A stretch of DNA of 64,000 nucleotides from Paludibacteraceae bacterium (GCA_045602425.1 JAZSBO010000024.1:17434-81433), one strand, 5' to 3'; counted from the first letter of the stretch, positions 46,256 through 54,875 are shown. Numbers and translations are program-made. The notes: generated by a model from the sequence alone, not told the origin.

Positions 46256-47881
46256 ATGAGAAAGATTTTATCATTGTTTTTTATAAGTTGTTTTATAGTA
46301 TTTGGAATAATGGCTCAAAGTAGCGATACAAATATTGTGTTTGATATTACTTCCAATAACAACTACACAGGTCGTGGTAATACTAACGAAGCCTTGTTGA
46401 ATGCAAAATTATTTTCTTCGTCAGCATTGACATTCACCGATATCACAATAGATATGACAGGAACCACAAACATTTCGGATGTAGAAAAAATAAAAATTTA
46501 TCAAACGCCTACATTAGCATTTGATCCTCGAAAAGTATCTTCTTATATAGAATTGGGAGAAGCTATTCCAAATCCATCGGGTGAAACCACGTTTAATATT
46601 ACAGGCAATGTAGCTGAAGGGACATTAAACTTTTTATGGATAACCTATGACATTGCTCCTCAAGCAAAAGAAGGGAATATCGTCTCTGCTAAAATATCTT
46701 CTTTTTCAACAAAAGAATCAATTATTCAGATGCGAAAAGACGTCGTAGCTCAACGTGAGATATTGTTGACAAGAAAGCTAATTTATGCCCCAGGCGATTA
46801 CGATTCTAAAAATTATCGTATTCCTGCAATTGTAACAGCAAAAGATGGTTCGTTGGTTATCGGGACGGACAAACGAAAAAATAACCAAGGCGATTTGCCA
46901 GAAGACATTGATGTACTAATCAACAGAAGTACAAATAACGGTGTGGATTGGAGCACCCCGATTGCTATTGCAAAAGGTACGGGCAGAGGAGCTGGTTTTG
47001 GCGATGTGGGTTTGGTCAAAACAGCAGAAACAAACGGATTGTTGGCTATTTATGTCGGTGGTGATGGATTTTTCGATCCAGCAACTTCAAATACTAAAAA
47101 ACAACGCATTTATGTTTCAAAAAGTGCTGACAATGGCATTTCTTGGAGAGAGAAAATAGAAATTACGGATCAATTGTATGGACCGAAATGTTCGGAAATA
47201 TCTCGTCAAGGCTGGCAAGCCTCGTTTGTGTCTTCTGGTGCAGGTTTGCTGACTCGCGATGGAACAATCTGTTTTGTTGCAGTAGTGCGAGAGTCAGATT
47301 CTACTGACGTGGATTCTTTTTCAAATTATGTGTTTTATTCTGAAGATAATGGCACAACTTGGAAGGTTTCTGAATGCTGTATGAAGGAAAAAGCCAATGA
47401 GGCAAAAATAACTGAACTCAATGACGGGAGTTGGTTGGTTAGTATTCGAAATCAAAGAAAAGGTGCACGTTACTATACAATTTCAAACGATCGTGGACAA
47501 ACTTGGACTTCTGTGGCTCAATGGGAAAATATGATAGAGCCAGGGTGCAATGGAGATTTAGTCAACTATACAAGTACATTAGACGGATACGACAAAAATC
47601 GTATGTTGCATACCATTCCTTATCATCCAACAAAACGTTTGAATGTTTCGATGTTTTTAAGTTACGATGAGGGAAAAACTTGGGAATATAAGAAAACGCT
47701 TTGTAAAACAGGTTCTGCCTATTCTTCTATTTGTGTTTTGCCTGATAATACCATTGGTGTTTATTTGGAAGAAAACGGCGATGACCCAGCAAATGGAGAA
47801 TATTCTACTTATTTTTTGAATTTCTCTTTTGATTGGCTAACCAATGGCGAAGACAAAGTTTTTTACAATTCAAAACCTTAA
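46256..47881 (+). CDS. Exo-alpha-sialidase (GH33) with N-terminal accessory domain
   Basis: 541 aa. RIP motif YRIPAIV. Asp-boxes SADNGISW, SEDNGTTW, SNDRGQTW and SYDEGKTW. Confidence 0.9.
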   Translation: MRKILSLFFISCFIVFGIMAQSSDTNIVFDITSNNNYTGRGNTNEALLNAKLFSSSALTFTDITIDMTGTTNISDVEKIKIYQTPTLAFDPRKVSSYIELGEAIPNPSGETTFNITGNVAEGTLNFLWITYDIAPQAKEGNIVSAKISSFSTKESIIQMRKDVVAQREILLTRKLIYAPGDYDSKNYRIPAIVTAKDGSLVIGTDKRKNNQGDLPEDIDVLINRSTNNGVDWSTPIAIAKGTGRGAGFGDVGLVKTAETNGLLAIYVGGDGFFDPATSNTKKQRIYVSKSADNGISWREKIEITDQLYGPKCSEISRQGWQASFVSSGAGLLTRDGTICFVAVVRESDSTDVDSFSNYVFYSEDNGTTWKVSECCMKEKANEAKITELNDGSWLVSIRNQRKGARYYTISNDRGQTWTSVAQWENMIEPGCNGDLVNYTSTLDGYDKNRMLHTIPYHPTKRLNVSMFLSYDEGKTWEYKKTLCKTGSAYSSICVLPDNTIGVYLEENGDDPANGEYSTYFLNFSFDWLTNGEDKVFYNSKP

Positions 47882-47894
47882 ATTATACGATCCG

Positions 47895-47930
47895 AGAAAA
47901 AAATGTTCCCCAAATATTTTCGGGGAACAT
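47895..47930 (-). terminator. Rho-independent terminator of htpG (may also serve the convergent sialidase gene)
   Basis: atgttcccc (47903-47911) pairs with ggggaacat (47922-47930). The plus-strand A-run at 47896-47902 is a U-run on the minus strand. Confidence 0.55.
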
Positions 47931-47959
47931 CAAAACAAACATTTTTTTTACAAAAGCCC

Positions 47960-50023
47960 TTATTTTATAAGTTCAATACTTCGTTTAATGAACTTATCTA
48001 ACGCTTCGCCTTTGAGCATATTATTCGAAAGTAATGCTAAATCGATAAGTTGAGAGATAGTATTTTGACTTACAGCAAAACTTTCGAGTATTGCACGTTT
48101 TTCTTTGTTTTGCTCTGCTAATTGCGACTCTATTCTCTCTAAATCTTCATTTTCAACCGCAGGAATATCCTCTTTCTTCACATCTTTATGAGCTGTATTC
48201 CAATCAGTTTTATTTTTTTCGAGTTCAGCGATTTTTGTGATAAAAGGTTTTAAAAGTTCATCGCACTTTTCCGTTTTTGCACCAAAAATATCTTTAATCA
48301 AAGGATGTGTAGCATTTACCACCAAGTTAAAACTATCGGGCATTTCGCCGTAAAAATTCATCATACCACCACCCTGCACTGCACTCATATCTTTCATACG
48401 ACGCATAAACTCATTTTGAGTGATTACTATTGGGCGAGCTGTTTCTCCTAAATTTTCAAAAGAAACCACAAATTCCGTTTTTTCTAATTTTGGTATTTGG
48501 CTTGAAAAAATCGTTGACAAATCTGCTCTTTCGGCATCTGTCAAATTAAGTTTTTCGACTTCATCTTTTACAATTAACTTCTCTACTATGTCGCTATCAA
48601 CACGAACAAAACGAGTTTTTTCTAATTTTTGTTCCAACTGATTTATAAAATGAACATCAAGTTGTCCGTCGAATACCAAAACATCATAACCTTTTTCTTT
48701 TGCTGCTTGAACATACGAATGTTGAGATTCGGTGTTATTCGCATACAAATAAATCAATATTTTGTCTTTGTCCGTTTGATTTGGCTCTATCAGTTTTTTA
48801 TACTCTTCGAGTGTATAATACTGATTTTCAGAATTTTTCAACAAAACAAAATTTTTCGCTTTCTCATAAAATTTTTCATCGGTAAGCATTCCGTAAACAA
48901 TAAACAACTGCAAACTATCCCACTTTTCTTCAAATTGTTTACGATCATTTTTAAATATATCTTGCAAACGTTCTGCAACTTTTTTAGTGATATGCGAAGA
49001 TATTTTTTTGACATTTTGATCGCTTTGCAGATAACTTCTTGACACATTCAGAGGGATGTCGGGCGAATCGATAACTCCGTGCAAAAGCGTTAAAAAGTCG
49101 GGAACAATTCCCTCTACCGAATCGGTAACAAAAACCTGATTGCAATACAACTGAATTTTGTTTCGTTGCAAATCAAGATTACTTTTCACTTTCGGGAAAT
49201 ATAGAATTCCCGTCAAATTAAACGGATAATCTACATTCAAATGAATATGAAAAAGCGGTTCGGAAGTGAACGGATAAAGTTCGTCGTAGAATTTCTTATA
49301 ATCTTCGTCGGTCAAATCGCTTGGCTTTTTCGTCCATGCTGGTGTTGTGTTATTGATAACGTTATCGTCTTCAGTTTCGATTTCTTTGCCGTCTTTCCAC
49401 TCTTTTTTCTTACCAAAGGCGATAGCAACTGGCAAAAATTTACAGTATTTCTTCAACAGACCCTCAATTTTCGAATCTTCCAAAAAGTCTTTGTTTTCGT
49501 CATCTACGTGAAGTACTATTTCTGTTCCGCGTTCCGATTTCTCGCAAGCCTCAAGGTTGTATTCAGGATTTCCTTCGCAAGCCCAATGCATTGCTACAGC
49601 ATTTTCTTTATACGACTTTGTAAAGATTTCTACTTTTTTCGAAACCATAAATGCTGAATAAAAACCTAAACCAAAATGTCCGATAATTGCATTTGCATCG
49701 TTTTTATATTTTTCGAGAAACTCTTCGGCTCCCGAAAATGCTATCTGATTAATGTATTTGTCAATTTCTTCTTCGGTCATACCGATACCTTTGTCGGCTA
49801 TTGTAATCGTTCCTGCCTTTTTGTCAACAGAGATGCGTACGGTTGTATCACCTATTTCGCCTTTAAACTCGCCTACAGACGATAGCGTTTTCAATTTTTG
49901 AGTTGCATCTACTGCATTAGACACCAATTCACGAAGGAAAATTTCGTGATCACTATACAAAAACTTCTTGATAACAGGGAAAATATTCTCTGTTGTTACT
50001 CCTATGTTTCCTTTTTGTTTCAT
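47960..50023 (-). CDS. htpG: Molecular chaperone HtpG (Hsp90)
   Basis: Likely start MKQKGNIGVTTENIF (M11 of the track ORF). FLRELVSNAVDA, GHFGLGFYSAFMV and LNVSRSYLQ. Confidence 0.93.
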   Translation of the reverse strand: MKQKGNIGVTTENIFPVIKKFLYSDHEIFLRELVSNAVDATQKLKTLSSVGEFKGEIGDTTVRISVDKKAGTITIADKGIGMTEEEIDKYINQIAFSGAEEFLEKYKNDANAIIGHFGLGFYSAFMVSKKVEIFTKSYKENAVAMHWACEGNPEYNLEACEKSERGTEIVLHVDDENKDFLEDSKIEGLLKKYCKFLPVAIAFGKKKEWKDGKEIETEDDNVINNTTPAWTKKPSDLTDEDYKKFYDELYPFTSEPLFHIHLNVDYPFNLTGILYFPKVKSNLDLQRNKIQLYCNQVFVTDSVEGIVPDFLTLLHGVIDSPDIPLNVSRSYLQSDQNVKKISSHITKKVAERLQDIFKNDRKQFEEKWDSLQLFIVYGMLTDEKFYEKAKNFVLLKNSENQYYTLEEYKKLIEPNQTDKDKILIYLYANNTESQHSYVQAAKEKGYDVLVFDGQLDVHFINQLEQKLEKTRFVRVDSDIVEKLIVKDEVEKLNLTDAERADLSTIFSSQIPKLEKTEFVVSFENLGETARPIVITQNEFMRRMKDMSAVQGGGMMNFYGEMPDSFNLVVNATHPLIKDIFGAKTEKCDELLKPFITKIAELEKNKTDWNTAHKDVKKEDIPAVENEDLERIESQLAEQNKEKRAILESFAVSQNTISQLIDLALLSNNMLKGEALDKFIKRSIELIK

Positions 50024-50146
50024 ACCTTTTTTATTAAAATTTACGATGATCATATTTCAAAAAAAATGCCAAACAACGAAGCGTGCCAAAGTGGCAGTTT
50101 TGAGTAAAATCTATAGCAGTTTAAGATAATTAGTCGTTAAAAATAG

Positions 50147-50386
50147 TATATTTGTAGCATAAAATAATAACGCAGCGTGTTAGAAACAATGCGTTGTTTA
50201 CAGGACATACACATAGCATTTGCTATTTATTCAGGACTATCTTGGAACGTGAGAAATTTTAAGAAAGTATGCCTATAAATAAGTAAATGCTCATGCGGTT
50301 GCATGGGCTTAATTTATCTATGGCATAGGGTAATTCTCACGACCTCAAGATAGTGGATAATATTAAGTCCACTTTTTTTGTGCCGT
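50147..50386 (+). promoter_or_regulatory. Candidate structured leader or small RNA upstream of the second HTH gene
   Basis: TATATTTG at 50147-50154. Hairpin around 50170-50196. A ~94-nt imperfect long hairpin spans 50248-50341, with outer stem cgtgagaa.tt/aattctcacg and apical stem gctcatgc-ggtt-gcatgggc. Hairpin agtgga/tccact (50352-50373) plus T7 ends 7 nt before the ATG at 50387. Confidence 0.4.
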
Positions 50387-50602
50387 ATGGAACAAATTGG
50401 TAGAGAGATACAGAGAGAATTGCACCGACAGGAGCGTACCGTAAGTTGGTTTGCCCGACAACTGAATTGCGACCGAACGAATGTGTACGATATATTCAAA
50501 CGCAACAATATCGACGTACAACTACTTATTCGGATTTCTCAAATTCTTCACCACAATTTTCTCCGCGATTTGGCTGAAACTGTTGATGAAAGTGTAGAAT
50601 AA
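50387..50602 (+). CDS. 71-aa helix-turn-helix DNA-binding protein (paralog of 28574-28789)
   Basis: MEQIGREIQRELHRQERTVSWFARQLNCDRTNVYDIFKRNNIDVQLLIRISQILHHNFL. The track ORF begins at an upstream TTG (50378); the ATG at 50387 gives the same length as the paralog. Confidence 0.7.
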   Translation: MEQIGREIQRELHRQERTVSWFARQLNCDRTNVYDIFKRNNIDVQLLIRISQILHHNFLRDLAETVDESVE

Positions 50603-50623
50603 TTTTCTACATAGTTGTAGAAT
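50594..50623 (+). promoter_or_regulatory. Triple palindromic element tgtagaa / ttctaca / tgtagaa
   Basis: 50594-50600, 50606-50612 and 50617-50623. The first arm overlaps the last codons of the HTH gene. Two mutually exclusive hairpins are possible. Confidence 0.3.
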
Positions 50624-50665
50624 TAACTGCTATATATCATTTACAAAATCGCTTTTGTTATAGCA

Positions 50666-50673
50666 TACTTTTG
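50666..50673 (+). promoter_or_regulatory. -7 promoter motif TACTTTTG
   Basis: It lies 36 nt upstream of the MBL-fold gene ATG (50709). Confidence 0.35.
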
Positions 50674-50708
50674 CAAATAAAGTAAATAAACAAAGAACGA
50701 GAAAGGAT

Positions 50709-51842
50709 ATGAAAATGATTAGAACTTTCCATCCTATTGGACAGGGCGGCTTTTGTACTGAACAATGGCAAATGGATGATAAGAACCTTACTATCGCTTA
50801 CGATTGCGGAAGTGAGAATAAGGATTGTTTGCATCACGAAATAGATTCCTTGGTCGACAAAAAACAGTCTATAGATGTATTGATACTTTCTCATTTACAC
50901 AATGACCACATGAATGGTGTGCAATATCTAATAGACAAACAATGTGTTAGGTGTATTTTATTACCTGTTATCAGTGTGGCAAACGAAGTAGAATTGCTGC
51001 TCTCAAATTTTTTAAGAGCTTCTTTTTCAGCGAATGAAGTTGATTTATATCAAAAGTTGCTTCACGATGAAACAATACAAGAAGTAGAGATTAAACGTAT
51101 TTCATATACAGAAGACAACGTTTCTGACGAAAAACCATCAGAGGTATTATCAAATGCACCAGATGGTATAAAAGATGAAATAATGAACGTTTGGAAATAT
51201 AAATTATATAATCCCAAACAAGAGGCTGATAATGAAATAAATGAACTTATTGATAAAATAAAATCAAACAAGCATTTAGCAAATGCTCAATTTATAAAAG
51301 AAGATGGCATTGATTATGAGAAGTTGAAAGATGTTTTTCGCGACAAAAAACTCCGGAAAGAATTGGTTCATATTTATAAAGAGAAAATAGGTAAGAGCCA
51401 TAATGCTTATTCTATGATGCTTTATTCGGGTATAAAAACATCCTATGCACATTTGTTTATGGATTGTTGTCATCATCATTATTCTTATCATTGCCATCGC
51501 TTTCATGTTCTTTGCGATGAAATGGTTGGTTGCATGTATTGTGGTGATGCCAATCTCAAAAATCAGAAATCGTGGAATCAGTTTGAACAATTCTTTCAAA
51601 AAGAGTTAAACTCCTTTCAAATCGGTATGTGGCAAATACCACATCATGGTTCTAAACACAATTATAATTCGAATATAAACAAAGGTTGCTGTTCGAGATT
51701 AAATATTATTTTGGCTTCGACTACTAACCGATACAAACATCCTCATAGTACTACGTTTAAGCAAATAGTAGAAAACAGTGCTATCCCCTTATGGGTAAGT
51801 GAAAAAAAGAAATCTGCAGTGGTATTTAGAATTGAGTTTTAA
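50709..51842 (+). CDS. Soluble MBL-fold hydrolase of the ComEC/Rec2 type with helical insert and Cys/His cluster
   Basis: 377 aa. FHPIGQGGF, AYDCGS, ILSHLHNDHMNG (HxHxDH), YCGDA and QIPHHGS, as in ComEC-type MBL domains. There are no TM segments. The Cys/His cluster is CCHHHYSYHCHRFHVLCDEMVGCMYC. Confidence 0.65.
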   Translation: MKMIRTFHPIGQGGFCTEQWQMDDKNLTIAYDCGSENKDCLHHEIDSLVDKKQSIDVLILSHLHNDHMNGVQYLIDKQCVRCILLPVISVANEVELLLSNFLRASFSANEVDLYQKLLHDETIQEVEIKRISYTEDNVSDEKPSEVLSNAPDGIKDEIMNVWKYKLYNPKQEADNEINELIDKIKSNKHLANAQFIKEDGIDYEKLKDVFRDKKLRKELVHIYKEKIGKSHNAYSMMLYSGIKTSYAHLFMDCCHHHYSYHCHRFHVLCDEMVGCMYCGDANLKNQKSWNQFEQFFQKELNSFQIGMWQIPHHGSKHNYNSNINKGCCSRLNIILASTTNRYKHPHSTTFKQIVENSAIPLWVSEKKKSAVVFRIEF

Positions 51843-51911
51843 AAAGTTCTTGAGGGAATGTTTTAGTAAAGTAAAGAGGAGCAAAAAAATAGAGATTATA
51901 TACTAATACAA

Positions 51912-51930
51912 AACAAGGACCAACAAGAAC
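51912..51930 (+). promoter_or_regulatory. 19-nt motif AACAAGGACCAACAAGAAC (copy B)
   Basis: Identical to 34811-34829. It is followed by a T-rich tract, 70 nt upstream of the ATG at 52000. Confidence 0.35.
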
Positions 51931-51999
51931 CTTTTTTGTCGGGAATTTTTATATTTTATTTGCAAAGCGATTTTAAAAACAAAACAATAAATAATAATC

Positions 52000-52434
52000 A
52001 TGAAAAAACTATTTACAATTTCAGTAGCACTCGCCTTTGCTTTTGTAGCCCGAGCCGAAGTGCTGACAATGGTGATAGAAACCATCGAGGGTGAGCGTTC
52101 GGTGTACGAACTCTCCACACTCCGTTCGCTGACGTTTGGTGGTGAGGTAGCAGATGCACAAACTACGGGAAAAACCGCTCGACGTATCTATTTTCTTTTA
52201 AAAAACACTACGGAGCTTGACAATGTACAGGTACAAGTGAGCGTATTCCCAAACCCTGTGTGTGGCGTGTTGCGTGTTAAAGGTATAAATCCAAATACTA
52301 CCTACCGAGTGATAGACCTTTCGGGGCGAGTGGTGATGAGTGGCGTAGGGTGCGACATAGATGTGTCTACGCTTACCGAAAGTACCTACGTGCTACAAGT
52401 AGCCGATATGCTTGTGAAATTTATAAAAAAATAA
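52000..52434 (+). CDS. Minimal T9SS substrate: signal peptide + ~60 aa + type A C-terminal sorting domain
   Basis: 144 aa. The C-terminal VSVFPNPVCGVLRVKGINPNTTYRVIDLSGRVVMSG...YVLQVADMLVKFIKK matches the Por secretion tail pattern. Confidence 0.7.
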   Translation: MKKLFTISVALAFAFVARAEVLTMVIETIEGERSVYELSTLRSLTFGGEVADAQTTGKTARRIYFLLKNTTELDNVQVQVSVFPNPVCGVLRVKGINPNTTYRVIDLSGRVVMSGVGCDIDVSTLTESTYVLQVADMLVKFIKK

Positions 52435-52469
52435 CAACGATTTATTAACCATAAAAAATTAAAAAAGAG

Positions 52470-53495
52470 ATGAAAAAAATTACACTTGTTTTTGCTTTTA
52501 TGCTTGCTGTAGCAGGAGCTACGGCACAAAGTATGTATGTACACAAAACCGATGGCAATGTGTACGAGTTTAAGGTATCGGACGTAGATAGTATCAATTT
52601 TGCGGCAAGCACTACTACTGACGATTATTTCTATACTATAACTTATATGCCAAATGGTGTCGAAGCTGATATCATAGTAGATACTGTACGTTATGGAATG
52701 TCTTATACCTTTAGAGAGGAAACTACATTTTCTACCGATGATTCTATTTTGTTAAAATGGAGTACTGAAGCAAATGGTAGCGGTGCTGTCTTTGCTTTTG
52801 GTGAAACCATTTCTTTAACAAGAAATATTACTTTGTATGCTGTATGGGTTGTTTGTCGTGGTATGGAAAATGGTTATGAATGGGTAGATTTAGGCTTACC
52901 AAGTGGACTAAAATGGGCTACTTGCAATGTAGGTGCTTCTAAACCAGAAGATTCGGGTAGTTTTTTTGCTTGGGGCGAAACTACTCCAAAAACTACTTAC
53001 TCTTGGAGTACTTACAAATTTATGGATTCGAATATCAATAATTGGAATGGTGTAACTAAATACACCTTTGCCGATGGTCAAAATGAATATGATGGTATAA
53101 AAGTAGCTTGGTACGATAGCGAAGGCAACTTCATTGGCGATAACAAAACCATTCTCGACCCTGAAGATGATGCGGCCACAGTGAATATGGGCGGCTCTTG
53201 GCGAATGCCAACAAAAACGGAGATGCAAGAACTTGACGAATTCTGTACTGTTAAATATGAAAATGATTGTTTAAAATTAACATCTAAAACAAACGGAGCT
53301 TATATTTATATGCCTATTTACATAAATGAAACAGGGGCATGGGATTATCGTGCTGGATATATTTGGTCGAGTTCGCTTGGTTCAACTTATTCAGATGCTG
53401 CTATTTATGGCGGATCATATTCGTATGAATCTTTTGAAACTTATGAGTCAGGTGCGCGTTATAACGGTTATGGAGTGAGAGGGGTATGTGAGTAA
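52470..53495 (+). CDS. Secreted protein with Listeria-Bacteroides repeat and DUF1566-like lectin-fold domain
   Basis: 341 aa. YTITYMPNGVEADI...LLKWSTEANGSGAVFAFGETISLTRNITLYAVW (List-Bact repeat). GYEWVDLGLPSGLKWATCNVGASKPEDSGSFFAWGETTPK, WRMPTKTEMQEL, IWSSS and GYGVRGVCE. Confidence 0.65.
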   Translation: MKKITLVFAFMLAVAGATAQSMYVHKTDGNVYEFKVSDVDSINFAASTTTDDYFYTITYMPNGVEADIIVDTVRYGMSYTFREETTFSTDDSILLKWSTEANGSGAVFAFGETISLTRNITLYAVWVVCRGMENGYEWVDLGLPSGLKWATCNVGASKPEDSGSFFAWGETTPKTTYSWSTYKFMDSNINNWNGVTKYTFADGQNEYDGIKVAWYDSEGNFIGDNKTILDPEDDAATVNMGGSWRMPTKTEMQELDEFCTVKYENDCLKLTSKTNGAYIYMPIYINETGAWDYRAGYIWSSSLGSTYSDAAIYGGSYSYESFETYESGARYNGYGVRGVCE

Positions 53496-53516
53496 GAGAA
53501 AATATAAGAATATGAT

Positions 53517-53545
53517 AAACGCACCTTAAGGTGCGTTTATTTGTT
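53517..53545 (+). terminator. Rho-independent terminator
   Basis: aaacgcacc (53517-53525), loop ttaa, ggtgcgttt (53530-53538), then a T-rich tract. Confidence 0.55.
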
Positions 53546-53595
53546 TGCTAAAAAATAAATGCAAGAGATTTTTGTTGGTTTTATCTAAAAAGTAT

Positions 53596-53603
53596 TATCT
53601 TTG
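53596..53603 (+). promoter_or_regulatory. -7 promoter motif TATCTTTG for the tRNA
   Basis: It ends 12 nt upstream of the tRNA 5' end. Confidence 0.5.
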
Positions 53604-53615
53604 CAAACGCTTTTG

Positions 53616-53690
53616 GGTCCCATAGCTCAGTTGGTTAGTAGCACCTGACTCATAATCAGGGGGTCCTTGGTTCAAGCCCAAGTGGGACCA
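53616..53690 (+). tRNA. tRNA with CAU anticodon (elongator Met or lysidine-modified Ile2); no encoded CCA
   Basis: Acceptor stem GGTCCCA/TGGGACC with discriminator A. Anticodon stem cctga/tcagg with loop CTCATAA. T-arm GGTTCAAGCCC. It is not initiator-like: G1-C72 is paired and there are no three G-C pairs in the anticodon stem. Confidence 0.9.
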
Positions 53691-53694
53691 CATC

Positions 53695-53733
53695 AAAAAA
53701 AGTACTTACAATCAAGAGTAAGTGCTTTTTTTA
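53695..53733 (+). terminator. Rho-independent terminator after the tRNA
   Basis: agtacttac (53701-53709) pairs with gtaagtgct (53718-53726) with one G-U, followed by T7. Confidence 0.6.
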
Positions 53734-53736
53734 TTT

Positions 53737-53744
53737 TATATTTG
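53737..53744 (+). promoter_or_regulatory. -7 promoter motif TATATTTG
   Basis: It lies 24 nt upstream of the rfbB ATG. Confidence 0.4.
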
Positions 53745-53767
53745 TATGTTTCAAAAATATAAAAAGC

Positions 53768-54841
53768 ATGACGTTCAAACGTAATATTATCATCACAGGC
53801 GGAGCAGGTTTTATCGGCTCTCATGTAGTTCGATTGTTTGTAAACAAATATCCCGACTATCGCATCATCAATGTCGATAATTTGACTTATGCGGGCAATC
53901 TCGCGAATCTGAAAGATGTAGAATCGGCACCTAATTACATATTCGAGAGAGCAAACATTTGCGATTATGCACTCATTTACAATTTAATATCCGACTATAA
54001 AGTCGATGGGGTTATTCACTTGGCAGCAGAGAGCCACGTAGATCGTTCTATAAAAGACCCTTTTGCCTTTGCACACACCAATGTGATTGGGACGCTTACA
54101 CTACTACAAGCAGCAAAAAAATATTGGGAAGCGAGCACAGAGAAATATGAAGGAAAACTGTTTTATCATATTTCAACCGACGAAGTGTACGGAGCGTTAG
54201 AAATGGACGACACGCTGTTTACCGAACAAACGAAATACGATCCTCACAGTCCGTATTCGGCATCAAAAGCAAGTAGCGACCATTTTGTGCGTGCTTTTCA
54301 CGACACATACGGAATGCCTACCATTCTGACAAATTGCTCAAACAACTACGGACCTTATCAATTTCCCGAAAAGCTAATTCCACTATTTATCAACAACATT
54401 CGCCATAGGAAACCATTGCCCGTCTATGGCAAAGGCGAAAACGTTCGCGATTGGCTGTATGTAGAGGATCACGCTCGTGCAATAGATCTTATATTTCATA
54501 AGGGGAAAATTGCAGAATCGTACAACATAGGAGGTTTCAACGAATGGAAAAATATCGATTTGATAAAAGTTCTTATAAAAACTGTAGATAAACTATTAGG
54601 AAAGCCCGAAGGCTATAGTCTTGATCTGATTACTTATGTAACTGACCGTGCAGGACACGATCTGCGTTACGCAATTGATTCATCGAAGTTAAAAAACGAA
54701 TTGGGCTGGGAGCCAAGTCTTCAGTTCGAAGAAGGCATCGAGAAAACCGTAAGTTGGTATTTAGACAATCAAGAATGGATGGACAACATCACTTCGGGCG
54801 AGTACGAAAAATACTACGATGAGATGTACAAAAATCGATAA
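53768..54841 (+). CDS. rfbB: dTDP-glucose 4,6-dehydratase
   Basis: 357 aa. TGGAGFIGSH, HLAAESHVDRS, YSASKASSDH (YxxxK) and NCSNNYGPYQFPEKLIP. Confidence 0.93.
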   Translation: MTFKRNIIITGGAGFIGSHVVRLFVNKYPDYRIINVDNLTYAGNLANLKDVESAPNYIFERANICDYALIYNLISDYKVDGVIHLAAESHVDRSIKDPFAFAHTNVIGTLTLLQAAKKYWEASTEKYEGKLFYHISTDEVYGALEMDDTLFTEQTKYDPHSPYSASKASSDHFVRAFHDTYGMPTILTNCSNNYGPYQFPEKLIPLFINNIRHRKPLPVYGKGENVRDWLYVEDHARAIDLIFHKGKIAESYNIGGFNEWKNIDLIKVLIKTVDKLLGKPEGYSLDLITYVTDRAGHDLRYAIDSSKLKNELGWEPSLQFEEGIEKTVSWYLDNQEWMDNITSGEYEKYYDEMYKNR

Positions 54842-54875
54842 GAAAAAAATTTTTTATATTTTTAAAAACTTTTTC

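Noticed and set aside
50299-50305. GTTGCAT also occurs in the apical hairpin of the second HTH leader, which hints at an operator shared with 28482-28522.
   Set aside because: A 7-mer is expected several times by chance in 64 kb on two strands, and the GGTACAA half-site is not present next to it.
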